The position numbers were made by a program, and so were the translations under genes. A DNA stretch of 64,000 bases from Candidatus Thorarchaeota archaeon (GTDB lineage: Archaea > Asgardarchaeota > Thorarchaeia > Thorarchaeales > Thorarchaeaceae). The notes beneath the pieces were generated by a model. It did no database searches. It was not told the DNA's origin and saw only the letters and a program-made list of their open reading frames with translations. The DNA lies in contig DXJO01000008.1 of assembly GCA_019057475.1 (NCBI GenBank), positions 73,943-137,942 on the forward strand, written 5' to 3'. How positions within the stretch are numbered: the first letter of the stretch is position 1; every line of letters starts with the position of its first letter. Shown here in pieces: positions 29,136-38,729 of the stretch.

Positions 29136-30198
29136 CGTTGGTTTCGTATGGAGTGCCGAGTTTGAGAGATTCGACTTTGGTCGCAGACATCCAATTCGTG
29201 TCGGCCGCTTCCAGATGGCACATGATCTCGTTAGCGATGCGGGGTTCCTTGAACATCCTTCGGTTTGCCTAATTGATCCGATTCCACTATCAGATGAGAT
29301 GCTTGTCCGGATTCATTCCGAGGAGTACATCAAACGAGTGAAGCAGATATCACTCACCGGACAAGGAGAGATTGACATCGACACGCCTGGATTCAAGGGA
29401 ATCTATGAGTACGGTCAGCTGAGCTGTGGAGCCACATTGACAGGAGTCCGCGAAGTGGCCTCTGGGCGTCTCAATCACTTCCTCTCTCCAACGGGAGGGT
29501 TCCATCATGCGAAGTATGATTCCGGGGGCGGATTCTGCATCTTCAATGATGTCGCAGCTGCAGTGCTTGCACTGAAGGACATGGGTTTCGAAAGGGTTCT
29601 TGTTGCAGATTTCGACGTTCATCACGGGAACGGGACACAGACGTACTTCTATGAAGACCCCGGCGTTATGGTTATTTCATTCCATGAAGACCCTGAGTGG
29701 ATGTATCCTCACGATGGTCATATCGGGGATATTGGGGCTGGCAAGGGGCGCGGGTACAACATCAATATGCACTTCCCGATGGATTCAGGTGACAGTGTCT
29801 ACAGATATGCCTTTGATGAGCTGGTACCCTCTCTAGTTGAATTCTATCAGCCAGAGTTCATTCTGTTTCTTCCAGGATTCGATGCGCACTACAACGATCC
29901 GTTGGCACACATGAAGCTTACTACCAACATGATTCGGTATGTTGCTGAGTACATACACAATGCAGCTCATACTTGGAGCGGGGGTCAACTTGGCGTTCTT
30001 TCGGCTGGGGGCTACGACGCTACTGCATTCGGATGGGGAATCGGGACCATCCTCTCAGTTCTCACAGGACTCAAGTACTCACCACCAAAACAAACACCTC
30101 CGTTTGATGATGATGAGGAAACTTGGGATATCGTTCGTTCCAACGTACGGGAGGTAAAGGAAATGGTCTTCCCCGCGCTAGGGGCAGACGTAATGTGA
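29110..30198 (+). CDS. Histone deacetylase family protein (AcuC/acetylpolyamine amidohydrolase-like)
   Basis: ADFDVHHGNGTQ, HPIRV and the GGGFCIFNDVA motifs of the arginase/deacetylase fold. Confidence 0.8.
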   Translation: MSPSPEDCTVGFVWSAEFERFDFGRRHPIRVGRFQMAHDLVSDAGFLEHPSVCLIDPIPLSDEMLVRIHSEEYIKRVKQISLTGQGEIDIDTPGFKGIYEYGQLSCGATLTGVREVASGRLNHFLSPTGGFHHAKYDSGGGFCIFNDVAAAVLALKDMGFERVLVADFDVHHGNGTQTYFYEDPGVMVISFHEDPEWMYPHDGHIGDIGAGKGRGYNINMHFPMDSGDSVYRYAFDELVPSLVEFYQPEFILFLPGFDAHYNDPLAHMKLTTNMIRYVAEYIHNAAHTWSGGQLGVLSAGGYDATAFGWGIGTILSVLTGLKYSPPKQTPPFDDDEETWDIVRSNVREVKEMVFPALGADVM

Positions 30199-30277
30199 TC
30201 TCGTCAGTGGCTGTTGCATTTAGTGCTTGCCTTGCGCAAGAGAGAAATCCATGTATTGTCAATGATTCTCGATTGCA

Positions 30278-30934
30278 TTGCAGTGGAAGTATCGTGACAG
30301 AACACATGCTGGAGAAGTCCTAGCTGAGGAGCTGCTTCAACTTGAGCTGAATGTCCTGCCCTTGGTGCTTGCTGTACCCAACGGGGGAGTCGCAGTGGCT
30401 GTGCCAATCGCCCGGGCTCTAGGGGCAGAGCTGAATGTTGTGATTGTGAGAAAACTGCAAATCCCACACAACCCCGAGGCCGGTTTTAGTGCACTGACTT
30501 CCCTTGGCACACTGATACTGAACAAACCATTGGTGGCACGCCTAGGACTGACTGAAAAAGAGATAAATTCAGTGAAGAGAAAGACCGAGAGGCAGATTGA
30601 GGAGCGAAGAGAAACCTATGAAGGACTAGTTGGGCACACTGAGCCATTAGGCCGAGCTGTCATTCTCGTAGACGATGGGCTGGCTTCTGGCTACACTATG
30701 ATGGCTGCAATCGATTCAGTTCGCGAGTTCCATCCCGATTCAGTCACAGTAGCAGTTCCAACTGCTCATGATAACTCAGCTAGGATGGTGGAGGCCGCTG
30801 TGGATAGATTGGTATGTCCCAGAATTGAAACTGGCTTTGTGTTCGCTGTTGCGAATGCGTATCAGAATTGGTATGATGTTTCGGACTCTGAGGTGATAGA
30901 AGTGCTGCGTCATGCTGCAGACGCAGTAACCTAG
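30278..30934 (+). CDS. Phosphoribosyltransferase-domain protein
   Basis: PRPP-binding loop VILVDDGLASGYTMMAAI. Confidence 0.65.
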   Translation: MQWKYRDRTHAGEVLAEELLQLELNVLPLVLAVPNGGVAVAVPIARALGAELNVVIVRKLQIPHNPEAGFSALTSLGTLILNKPLVARLGLTEKEINSVKRKTERQIEERRETYEGLVGHTEPLGRAVILVDDGLASGYTMMAAIDSVREFHPDSVTVAVPTAHDNSARMVEAAVDRLVCPRIETGFVFAVANAYQNWYDVSDSEVIEVLRHAADAVT

Positions 30935-30952
30935 CGTTTCTCGTACTGCATC

Positions 30953-31588
30953 TTACTGTGCCAGTTCTCCGATGAACTGCTTGGCAACTGCGACCGCACT
31001 GGTGGCATCCTTGCCAAACGCGTCAGCACCCGTGTAGTCAACGGTTTCTTGGTTGGTGTTTCCTCCGCCTATCATAACCTTGACATCGTTCCTGATTCCA
31101 GCTGTTCTAAGGGCCTCGATTGTTATCTTCATTGAGTCATGAGCCACAGTAATGAGTCCACTGAGCGCGAGAATCCGTGCACCGGTTTCATTCAGTTTCT
31201 CAATGAACTTCTCAGAAGGCACGTTTTCACCAAGATCATGGACCTCGAAACCGTTGGACTTCAAAAAGGCAATAACCAGGTTCTTGCCAACATCATGCAC
31301 ATCGCCCTTTACAGTTCCAATCACGATTTTCCCTATTGCGCTCCCTTTCTGTTTCTCAAGCAGCTTGGGTTCCACGAATGTCATGGCTTTCTTGAACAGC
31401 TCTGCTGACAGGATGAGCTCTACAAGGAAATACTCGTTATTGGCAAACCTTGCTCCAACGATATCCATTCCTTGCCTTAGCCAATCTAGTATTTGTGCTG
31501 GGTCAGTGCCCGCGTCCAGCTGTTCCTTGACAATGTCTAGGAGCTTCTCCTCTTCTAGATCGCCCACGGCATCAATGAGGTTTTTCAT
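30953..31588 (-). CDS. Corrinoid (B12)-binding protein of methyltransferase systems (MtaC/MtbC-like)
   Basis: A helical B12-binding_2 N-terminus, then a Rossmann B12 domain with DxHxxG (GDVHDVGKNLV), SGL and GGG motifs. Confidence 0.8.
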   Translation of the reverse strand: MKNLIDAVGDLEEEKLLDIVKEQLDAGTDPAQILDWLRQGMDIVGARFANNEYFLVELILSAELFKKAMTFVEPKLLEKQKGSAIGKIVIGTVKGDVHDVGKNLVIAFLKSNGFEVHDLGENVPSEKFIEKLNETGARILALSGLITVAHDSMKITIEALRTAGIRNDVKVMIGGGNTNQETVDYTGADAFGKDATSAVAVAKQFIGELAQ

Positions 31589-31647
31589 CGTGATTCACTC
31601 ACAGGTTTCCCTCGAATCGAGCCCCCGCATAAATATGTCCCGAAAAG

Positions 31648-33261
31648 TCAGTCGTGGACTGATTCAAGTATGGTTGCTTGAGCGAAAATATCAGCGAAGT
31701 TGTCGTGAGTAGCAAGCTCGTAGTAGTTTATCTTCCTTCTCAATTGCTCAATCACCCCGCGGCTTCTCCTGGATACCAGTAACCTCTTTGCTCCTTCTCC
31801 TGCGGCGTTACCCACCGCGATAATCCTCTCAAGGTCGACCGGGGGAAAGAGGCTAATCCGCAGCGCGCTAGACGGGTCGATGTAGTTCCCGAATGCTCCC
31901 GCGAGATAAATCGCCTTGATGTCCTCAGTACGGACATTCGCAACCTGCATCAAAATTTGGGTTCCTGCTAGAATGGCTCCCTTTGCTAGTTGAACCTGTC
32001 GAACATCTCTCTGCGTAAACATGATTCTGCTCTTAGATGCGTGTTCTCCAGCACCTACGACGAGATAGGCTAGCCCCGCTTTGGTGTCATCCACTACCCT
32101 TGCTGATGCTTTCATCCTCCCACCAGCATCAACTAGTCCGTTTCTCAGCAGTTCTGCTACGGTATCCACAATGGCAGAGCCGCACAGTCCTCTAGGTGCA
32201 CCGCCGCCAATCACTGAGATTTCAGGGGCATCGTCAATCTCTCGAATTGTTAAGTGCTCAATCGCACCATCTTGGCCTCTCATGCCGTGACTGATTGTCG
32301 CTCCTTCGAAAGCGGACCCAGCAGCTGCGGAGCAACAGAACAATTCGCCTCTCTTAGAAAGCACGATTTCACCATTCGTTCCTATATCGATGCCGAGGAC
32401 GACATCATCAGCAAGGTCTAATCTTTGGGACAGAATGAAAGCAAGTGTATCGCTTCCGACAAAACCCGCTACGTTCGGGGCGAAGTATACCTCTGCGTCC
32501 GGAGTGGATTTGAGGCCGATTTTTCTCCCATTGCTTGTGAACGCATCCCGCATCTGCGGCTCATAGGGGGCTAGGCCCAATGATGAGGTATCTAGACCCA
32601 AAGCGAGATGATGCATTGCCGTGTTGCCTACCACGACCAATCTCGATAGCTTGTTTGAGGGCACTCCAGACTCATTGCAGAGCATAGTACTTAGTTCGTC
32701 AATCTTATCCAGTACTCTCTGCTTAAGGAGGGTTCTGCCTTTCTCATCTTTCATAGCGTACGCTATTCGTGACATCACATCTTCGCCGAATATGACCTGA
32801 GGGTTGAGGTCCGCAGAGTTCGCAATCTGGTTGCCTTTGCTCAGGTCAAGCAGATATGCAACTATTGTTGTGGTTCCTAAGTCGACCGCGATGCCAAATT
32901 CTCCTTCATGTCCTTCATCCAGAGCGAAATCGCTTGTTGAAGAGACCCCACTTGCTAGTATTTTAGCAGCAGTGGATGTGTGAGGAATGACTGCCCTTGT
33001 GTCAAAACTGATTCGATGCTGACAGGCAAGTCGCACACCCACGTCGATGTCATGTTCTCCAATGAGTTGGGTTTCCACACGTGTGGGGGCAGTTGCAGGG
33101 TTGAGTATGATACGACATTTCCCGCACGTTCCTCGGCCTCCGCACTCCGAGGAAACTTGGAGTCCTACCATCCGTATCGCTTCGAGAATTGTAGTCTGCT
33201 CGCCTATGGCTATGCGAAGTCCCGATGGTTCAAGGATAAGGACGTGCTCTCGCAAGTGCAT
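31648..33261 (-). CDS. RACo-type reductive activator of corrinoid protein (2Fe-2S ferredoxin + ASKHA ATPase)
   Basis: An N-terminal plant-type ferredoxin (CGGRGTCGKCR...C) is followed by an ASKHA-fold domain. 537 aa. Confidence 0.75.
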   Translation of the reverse strand: MHLREHVLILEPSGLRIAIGEQTTILEAIRMVGLQVSSECGGRGTCGKCRIILNPATAPTRVETQLIGEHDIDVGVRLACQHRISFDTRAVIPHTSTAAKILASGVSSTSDFALDEGHEGEFGIAVDLGTTTIVAYLLDLSKGNQIANSADLNPQVIFGEDVMSRIAYAMKDEKGRTLLKQRVLDKIDELSTMLCNESGVPSNKLSRLVVVGNTAMHHLALGLDTSSLGLAPYEPQMRDAFTSNGRKIGLKSTPDAEVYFAPNVAGFVGSDTLAFILSQRLDLADDVVLGIDIGTNGEIVLSKRGELFCCSAAAGSAFEGATISHGMRGQDGAIEHLTIREIDDAPEISVIGGGAPRGLCGSAIVDTVAELLRNGLVDAGGRMKASARVVDDTKAGLAYLVVGAGEHASKSRIMFTQRDVRQVQLAKGAILAGTQILMQVANVRTEDIKAIYLAGAFGNYIDPSSALRISLFPPVDLERIIAVGNAAGEGAKRLLVSRRSRGVIEQLRRKINYYELATHDNFADIFAQATILESVHD

Positions 33262-33266
33262 GACTC

Positions 33267-34217
33267 CTAAGCGATTCGATACCGTGGATGCTGGCGGTCC
33301 ACGCGCGTTCTTGTTTCAAGCAGCACTCCTGATAGGGCAACGTCAATCATCGCCACTGATGGGAACACAATGGGTGCATGTTTGATAGGTCCATAGAGCA
33401 CAAAGTCGGCTCCAAGTGTTACTGGCATTAAACTCGATCCTACAAGAGCTGGTTTCTTTGCATCTTTCCCAAATTTCGGAACCAAGCCCCTCCAAGTGTT
33501 CACAGCATTATGTGCACCGCATCCCACCGGCACGCCGAACTTGTCCTTTATCATATGCTGCGCTTTGCATGCAAGGCCAAGTGTCAACAGATCGATGACT
33601 CCCGTATCGATGATAACATTCTCAATTCCTGCCTTGGTTGTTTTGTCTAGGAGCATTTCCGCGAGATCCAACCGCTTCGTAGCTGATGCCATCGCGGCGT
33701 TAGAGAAGGTCAGTCCCACTGCATGCTTCACGCCAAGTTCATGGAACGATTCCAACGCTTCCATGCTTGTGTCTGGTGTAATGGAATTCAGCATCACTCT
33801 GTCTAGGAATCCACCTTCGCGAGCCGCTTGGACCCCTGCAAGATTTACTTCTTCAGAACCGGACCCGTCAACCAGCAGAGGCATATCTGTGACGTCTACA
33901 AGGTGCAGCAGATGCTTCTCAATCGCTTTGGGGGACTCTGCGACGACATCGAGCATGCTTGGCAGTCCAGTAGCACTGGACGCGTCCACTAACGCATTCA
34001 GCAGCGCTTCTGCACTGGGCACATCAATAGTGCCCTCTTTCGCATTCTTGACAAGTTTATCTCCCGAGTGGAAGATGGAGCCTATGAGAACGGTGGGGTT
34101 GATGCCAGGCTTTCCTCCTATCCTCATGTTGTCAATCTCAAGAACTCTTTGCTCTGCTGTGTATTCAAACATCTGATCAGCACCCAAGGCTGCACGCTGG
34201 CTCATAGCTGCCTTCAA
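33267..34217 (-). CDS. MtrH-family methyl-corrinoid:tetrahydropterin methyltransferase
   Basis: Aligns by eye along its length with MtrH, for example GADFVLYGPIKHAPIVFPSVAMIDV against MtrH GGDFVLYGPIENAEMAFPACAMADI. Confidence 0.8.
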   Translation of the reverse strand: MKAAMSQRAALGADQMFEYTAEQRVLEIDNMRIGGKPGINPTVLIGSIFHSGDKLVKNAKEGTIDVPSAEALLNALVDASSATGLPSMLDVVAESPKAIEKHLLHLVDVTDMPLLVDGSGSEEVNLAGVQAAREGGFLDRVMLNSITPDTSMEALESFHELGVKHAVGLTFSNAAMASATKRLDLAEMLLDKTTKAGIENVIIDTGVIDLLTLGLACKAQHMIKDKFGVPVGCGAHNAVNTWRGLVPKFGKDAKKPALVGSSLMPVTLGADFVLYGPIKHAPIVFPSVAMIDVALSGVLLETRTRVDRQHPRYRIA

Positions 34218-34322
34218 GTTCTGACGGTATCTCCGCTCAATAACCTTTTGCGAAGTAGAGCTAGGCGCTATGGATAGGTATCATCGCAAGTACCCATGCA
34301 TTAATCAGACGAATTTCCGACG

Positions 34323-35705
34323 GTGCCATCACTAAAAGGATGGGTCCTCGTGCTGGCGGTAAAAGAGTCATGCAATCCTTCCGAGTGCAACCTGGAGTGC
34401 GTTGAAGCGTGTCAAGGTGTACAGGGAGACGGTGCGCCCCTTACGATATCGAAAGAAACAGGCCATCCAAGCATTCGTTATGGCGGGTGTACGGCATGCC
34501 TGTTGTGCGTGCGAGCATGCCCTCTCAATGCAATTGAAATCGAGGGATCCACTGCCGGTGCTGCTCGCGCAATGAAACGTAGGAACCGCACCAAGCCGAA
34601 GCCAGCCGCCAAACAGGCCTATGAGGTGACTGATGATTTCGCCAGGTTCTCCGAGGCAGATATGATATTTGCCAGGGCATGGAATGATCCAGAATTCAAG
34701 CACTATAAGAGGAGCGAATGGGATGGGGCAAAGGCTGCGATGCAAAGTGGTCTTCCTGGGTATAGCCGAGCCTACTACGAGCTGGCGCGGGCTGGATGGG
34801 AGCTGTACAATCATCGGACATCTATGATGAACCCCTTGGCTGATCTTGAGGGAGATGGCTCGAGTTTTGCAAATGAACGCACATTCGACTCCGACTTGCT
34901 TACGAGGATGATGAAGAAGGCAGCTCATTTCTTTGGAGCTAGTCTTGTTGGGATTGCATCTCTAGACCATCGGTGGTTGTATTCTGCCAGTCGTAGAGGT
35001 GTAGAGTACTCCATACCTGACAGCATAGATCACGCAGTCGTCATGGCAATTGCAATGGATTACGACGCCATAGCAACCTCACCGACATTCATCAGCTCGG
35101 CTGCGACTGCTCTTGGGTACTCCACAATGGCATTCGTTGAAATCGAGCTGGCTGCCTTCATTCGCAGGCTTGGATATCGAGCGATACCCTGCGGGAATGA
35201 TATCGCTCTGAGTGTGCCTTTAGCTATTGATGCAGGTCTCGGACAATACGGACGGCATGGTCTTCTGATTACAAAGGAGTTCGGTTCACGAGTGCGTATT
35301 GCCAAGGTGCTAACGGACATGCCCCTTCTTCCAGATAGTCCTGACTTGGACTTCTACAACTCCGTGACTCGTTTCTGCGAAGTATGTGAGAAATGCGCAG
35401 AGCACTGTCCCAGTCAATCCATCCCTTATGGAAGAGAACGCACTTGGCATGGTGAGTGCAGGTCCAATAACCCCGGTGTCAAGAAGTGGTACGTGGATGT
35501 GGAGTCATGCTATGGTTTCTGGGTGCAGAATGGCGCTGAGTGTTCGAACTGCATCCGAAGCTGTCCTTACGACAAACGCGATGGGCCTGCACTCAGGATT
35601 CTTCTCTGGCTTACGCGTCATATGCCTAGGCTCAACTCCCTGGTTGTGAAATTGGACGATTTGCTAGGCTACGGAAAGCAGCGTCTTCCGAAAGATATGC
35701 TCTAA
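34323..35705 (+). CDS. Reductive dehalogenase-like protein (RdhA/QueG superfamily) with N-terminal ferredoxin-like Cys motifs, no Tat signal
   Basis: The C-terminus has CEVCEKCAEHCP (CxxCxxCxxxCP) and CSNCIRSCP (CxxCxxxCP). The N-terminus has CNPSECNLECVEAC plus CTACLLCVRACP. No RRxFLK twin-arginine leader. Confidence 0.55.
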   Translation: MPSLKGWVLVLAVKESCNPSECNLECVEACQGVQGDGAPLTISKETGHPSIRYGGCTACLLCVRACPLNAIEIEGSTAGAARAMKRRNRTKPKPAAKQAYEVTDDFARFSEADMIFARAWNDPEFKHYKRSEWDGAKAAMQSGLPGYSRAYYELARAGWELYNHRTSMMNPLADLEGDGSSFANERTFDSDLLTRMMKKAAHFFGASLVGIASLDHRWLYSASRRGVEYSIPDSIDHAVVMAIAMDYDAIATSPTFISSAATALGYSTMAFVEIELAAFIRRLGYRAIPCGNDIALSVPLAIDAGLGQYGRHGLLITKEFGSRVRIAKVLTDMPLLPDSPDLDFYNSVTRFCEVCEKCAEHCPSQSIPYGRERTWHGECRSNNPGVKKWYVDVESCYGFWVQNGAECSNCIRSCPYDKRDGPALRILLWLTRHMPRLNSLVVKLDDLLGYGKQRLPKDML

Positions 35706-35706
35706 A

Positions 35707-36015
35707 CTACTTGGTGCTTCTAGAGATTCTTTGGTAAAGGCCCTCAAAGAAATCTCCCTTGCGAATCTTACCCTTGTTGATTGCAAAGAAGTTTGTCTTT
35801 ATGCGATATAGCTTTGGCTTGAGATTGTCGTAATTCCGAATTCCCCTTCCGTCAATGCTATCGTCAAAAATCTTGGTGACGTACTCTGGGAAGTTATCGA
35901 TGTACTGGCATTGATTGAGCTGGATATGGAACAGGGTGCTTCGTAGTATCTCTGCTCGACTAATATTCCGCGTTGCCATTGCTTGGTCCCACCGTATTAT
36001 CGATGGTGCTGCCAA
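35707..36015 (-). CDS. Hypothetical small protein
   Basis: 102-aa ORF in an otherwise empty gap. No motif recognised. Confidence 0.2.
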   Translation of the reverse strand: MAAPSIIRWDQAMATRNISRAEILRSTLFHIQLNQCQYIDNFPEYVTKIFDDSIDGRGIRNYDNLKPKLYRIKTNFFAINKGKIRKGDFFEGLYQRISRSTK

Positions 36016-36107
36016 TTAAGAGTTCTAGTAAGACAAACCGCCTTCGAGCATTGGCATACGGTTATCAGGCACGAATAGTCACCGGTTCGTGGAAGCGTGG
36101 CAGAAAC

Positions 36108-36803
36108 ATGCGGATTGCATCCATCATTGATATCAGTCTTGTAGATGTGCCCAAGATTCCAGTAACGGTGATATTCACAGCAGGATGCAATTTCGACTGC
36201 TCATACTGTCAAAACGCTGAACTCATTCCGCTCTCATCAGGCGAGAGCATGGCGATACCTGATATTGTAGCTCATGCACGCGGTCATCTTGTAGATGGTT
36301 ATTGTGTAACTGGTGGGGAACCCACAATACACAAGGATCTCCCGGAGTTGTTGAAAGCCCTCAAAGAAGACTGCGACGGTCACATCAATCTCAATACGCA
36401 GGGGTCAGTTCCGTCCGTGCTAGAGAGGTCTCTACCCTATATTGACTCGGTCTGGTTTGACATGAAGGCAAGCCCTACTCGATATGTAGAAACCGCAAGA
36501 ACATCTTCCGATCCATGGCCGAGGGTCCAGCAGAGTCTAGAGATGCTCCTAGATTCTGAGGTTCTTTTTTGGCCTCGCACAACGTATGTTGGAAACCTAA
36601 CAACACCTGACGACATAAAGGCGATTCTTGCAAAATTGCATGAACTTGGATTCAGAGGTGAGTATCTAGTTCAGAATTACATCGATTCGGCAGGCACGCG
36701 AGATGAAGAGGTAGCAGCCTTTGAGAAACCGAATCGTGAGGAGATTGAACCGCTGCTTTCTAGCCTTCCCTCTGGAATTTCGATGCGGCTTGAGTGGAGA
36801 TGA
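36108..36803 (+). CDS. Radical SAM activating enzyme (NrdG/QueE-like, COG0602 type)
   Basis: FTAGCNFDCSYCQN (CxxxCxxC) and VTGGEPTIH. The ATG at 36108 is the probable start. Confidence 0.7.
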   Translation: MRIASIIDISLVDVPKIPVTVIFTAGCNFDCSYCQNAELIPLSSGESMAIPDIVAHARGHLVDGYCVTGGEPTIHKDLPELLKALKEDCDGHINLNTQGSVPSVLERSLPYIDSVWFDMKASPTRYVETARTSSDPWPRVQQSLEMLLDSEVLFWPRTTYVGNLTTPDDIKAILAKLHELGFRGEYLVQNYIDSAGTRDEEVAAFEKPNREEIEPLLSSLPSGISMRLEWR

Positions 36804-36954
36804 ATCACATAGAATCGAAGACCAGCCGCTAAGATGGGTGGTCGCTGCGCTCGCACGATTCAGACACAGAAATACGCTTATATACGCCGAAGGCCGTGCT
36901 CAAATTCGACCTCACCTCTTTGGTGGTTGGTCATTACAGGAGTGTCTTTGAAGC

Positions 36955-37692
36955 ATGTTCCCGACACAGTCACTAGGCTACGACCGTGCAATTACAGTAT
37001 TCAGTCCCGAAGGACGCCTATACCAAGTTGAATACGCTACAGAAGCAGTCCGTCACGGGCCGCTTGCAGTTGGTGTAAAGGCTACTGATGGTGTTGTCTT
37101 GGTTGGTGAGAAGCGTTCTCCGCACCCCCTGGTTGATTTGACCACATTGAAGAAACTCCTTCTTATCGACGATCATGTTGGAACGGCAATTGCAGGGCTG
37201 CATGCTGATGCTAGGAAGCTCATTGATCAGGCTAGAGTTCAGGCACAAATCAATAGACTCAGTTATGACGAACCGGTGTCGATACAATCACTAGTTGTTA
37301 ATGTCTGTGACACTAAACAGCTTCATACACAATATGGTGGAGTCCGACCATTCGGAGTGGCACTTCTGGTCGCTGGCGTAGATGACCTCGGCCCCCAGCT
37401 ATTCAGCACTGATCCTTCTGGATCCTACTGGGGTTGGAAGGCAACCGCAATAGGCAAGGATTCGGACGTGGTACGTGAGTTCTTCGCTGAGAAGTACAAA
37501 CCAGACATCAATCTAGATGGTGCACTCAAGTTGGCAATAGAAGGCGTCCTCACGCCTGGCAGCGACAAGACTGTATCTGACCCAGCTGAGAAGGCAAAGA
37601 CCATAGAGATTGGTCGGGTTGACACCACTAAGCGTGAATTCAAGATATTGCCGCAAGATGAGGTCGAGGCCATTCTCGCAGCTTTCGCTTAG
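36955..37692 (+). CDS. psmA: 20S proteasome alpha subunit
   Basis: YDRAITVFSPEGRLYQVEYA and YGGVRPFGVALLVAG closely match archaeal PsmA. Confidence 0.9.
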   Translation: MFPTQSLGYDRAITVFSPEGRLYQVEYATEAVRHGPLAVGVKATDGVVLVGEKRSPHPLVDLTTLKKLLLIDDHVGTAIAGLHADARKLIDQARVQAQINRLSYDEPVSIQSLVVNVCDTKQLHTQYGGVRPFGVALLVAGVDDLGPQLFSTDPSGSYWGWKATAIGKDSDVVREFFAEKYKPDINLDGALKLAIEGVLTPGSDKTVSDPAEKAKTIEIGRVDTTKREFKILPQDEVEAILAAFA

Positions 37693-37724
37693 CTTGACCG
37701 TTCCGCACTCAAGTTTGACAGGAA

Positions 37725-38600
37725 CTAAGTGCCTTTTGATTTCTTCACCAGTAGATCGACAATCATCCCAGCTATATCGAGATTTGTGACCCTTGACAAT
37801 GCACTCCAGGATGGCGAAGCATTGGCTTCTATAACACAAGGGCCATCTTTTGATTCCAGGATGTCGACACCTGTATAGTCGAGCTTCAACACCTCTGCGG
37901 TCTTGATGGCACACTCTGTGTACTCGTCATCGAGTTCCACAGCTTCTGCCTCGGCTCCTCCGTGTATGTTGCTTCGCCACTCCCCCTTTGGCACATTGCG
38001 GTACATTGCAGCCACAAGCTGATTATCTATGACAAATGCTCTAATGTCGCGGTCAGGTTTCTCAATCATTTCTTGAACGTAGAGCACCTGTCCAAGCTGG
38101 TGAATAAATTTCAGTGCACGGTAGGTTAGTTCTTGGTTCTCCGCTCGAATCATGCCCATGCCACGCGCTCCGATTAGAGGTTTGATGATTACATCCCCTA
38201 CCTCCTCGGAGAATGCTGTAGCGGCCTCTAGGTTCTCACTCACATGCGTGCGTGGCACTCTGATGCCCGCCTTGTGCAGGGCAGTAAGAGTGGCATACTT
38301 GTCCTTAGCGCGTCGGAACGAGTAGGCTGGATTCATCACGTAGATTCCGGCATCTTCGAGATGTTCAAGGAGGCTTATTCGGTATGTAATTTGATTGCCG
38401 GTGCCAAACCCAATGGTCCTCACGATGGCACCATCCAGTGTAAGGTCCTCTTCGAGGTGTACGAACCCATGAGGAATCTCAGCTGCAACGTCTAGTAGTC
38501 GAAAGGGTTTCACATCATGGCCTTTGGCTTTCATTGCATCAATCAGTCCTTTCGTAGCCCAGTTGTTGACGTTCTCGTGGTAGCTTATTCCGAACCGCAT
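37725..38600 (-). CDS. ATP-grasp ligase, RimK/LysX family
   Basis: Pre-ATP-grasp and ATP-grasp segments (VIIKPLIGARGMGM). Start taken at MRFGISYH (38600), which leaves a divergent intergenic region before YjeF_N. Confidence 0.65.
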   Translation of the reverse strand: MRFGISYHENVNNWATKGLIDAMKAKGHDVKPFRLLDVAAEIPHGFVHLEEDLTLDGAIVRTIGFGTGNQITYRISLLEHLEDAGIYVMNPAYSFRRAKDKYATLTALHKAGIRVPRTHVSENLEAATAFSEEVGDVIIKPLIGARGMGMIRAENQELTYRALKFIHQLGQVLYVQEMIEKPDRDIRAFVIDNQLVAAMYRNVPKGEWRSNIHGGAEAEAVELDDEYTECAIKTAEVLKLDYTGVDILESKDGPCVIEANASPSWSALSRVTNLDIAGMIVDLLVKKSKGT

Positions 38601-38729
38601 TCGAGCGTGGTCTCCCTTTGTTTCAGATGCACATTGCACTAGTAGCTTGGTCCATAAAAACCTGAATGCTTGCACCACAGGTGTAGCCCATGGAAAAAGC
38701 CTAAGTGAACATGCTGCTATCTGCAATCT

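Noticed and set aside
31152-31712. 186-aa plus-strand ORF
   Set aside because: It is antisense to the corrinoid-protein gene, and its Ser-rich composition has low complexity.
33496-34176. 226-aa plus-strand ORF inside the MtrH-like gene
   Set aside because: It is antisense to a gene with strong MtrH homology. Its Ser/Ala/Pro-rich composition is typical of shadow frames in GC-balanced DNA.
34368-34928. 186-aa minus-strand ORF
   Set aside because: It is antisense to the N-terminal ferredoxin-like part of the RdhA-like gene.
34323-35705. Calling the RdhA-like protein an epoxyqueuosine reductase QueG because a QueE-like radical SAM gene is nearby
   Set aside because: Its length (460 aa), the N-terminal ferredoxin-like cluster and the archaeal context (archaeosine rather than queuosine) fit an RdhA-like protein better. 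I kept it as RdhA/QueG superfamily and flagged the ambiguity.
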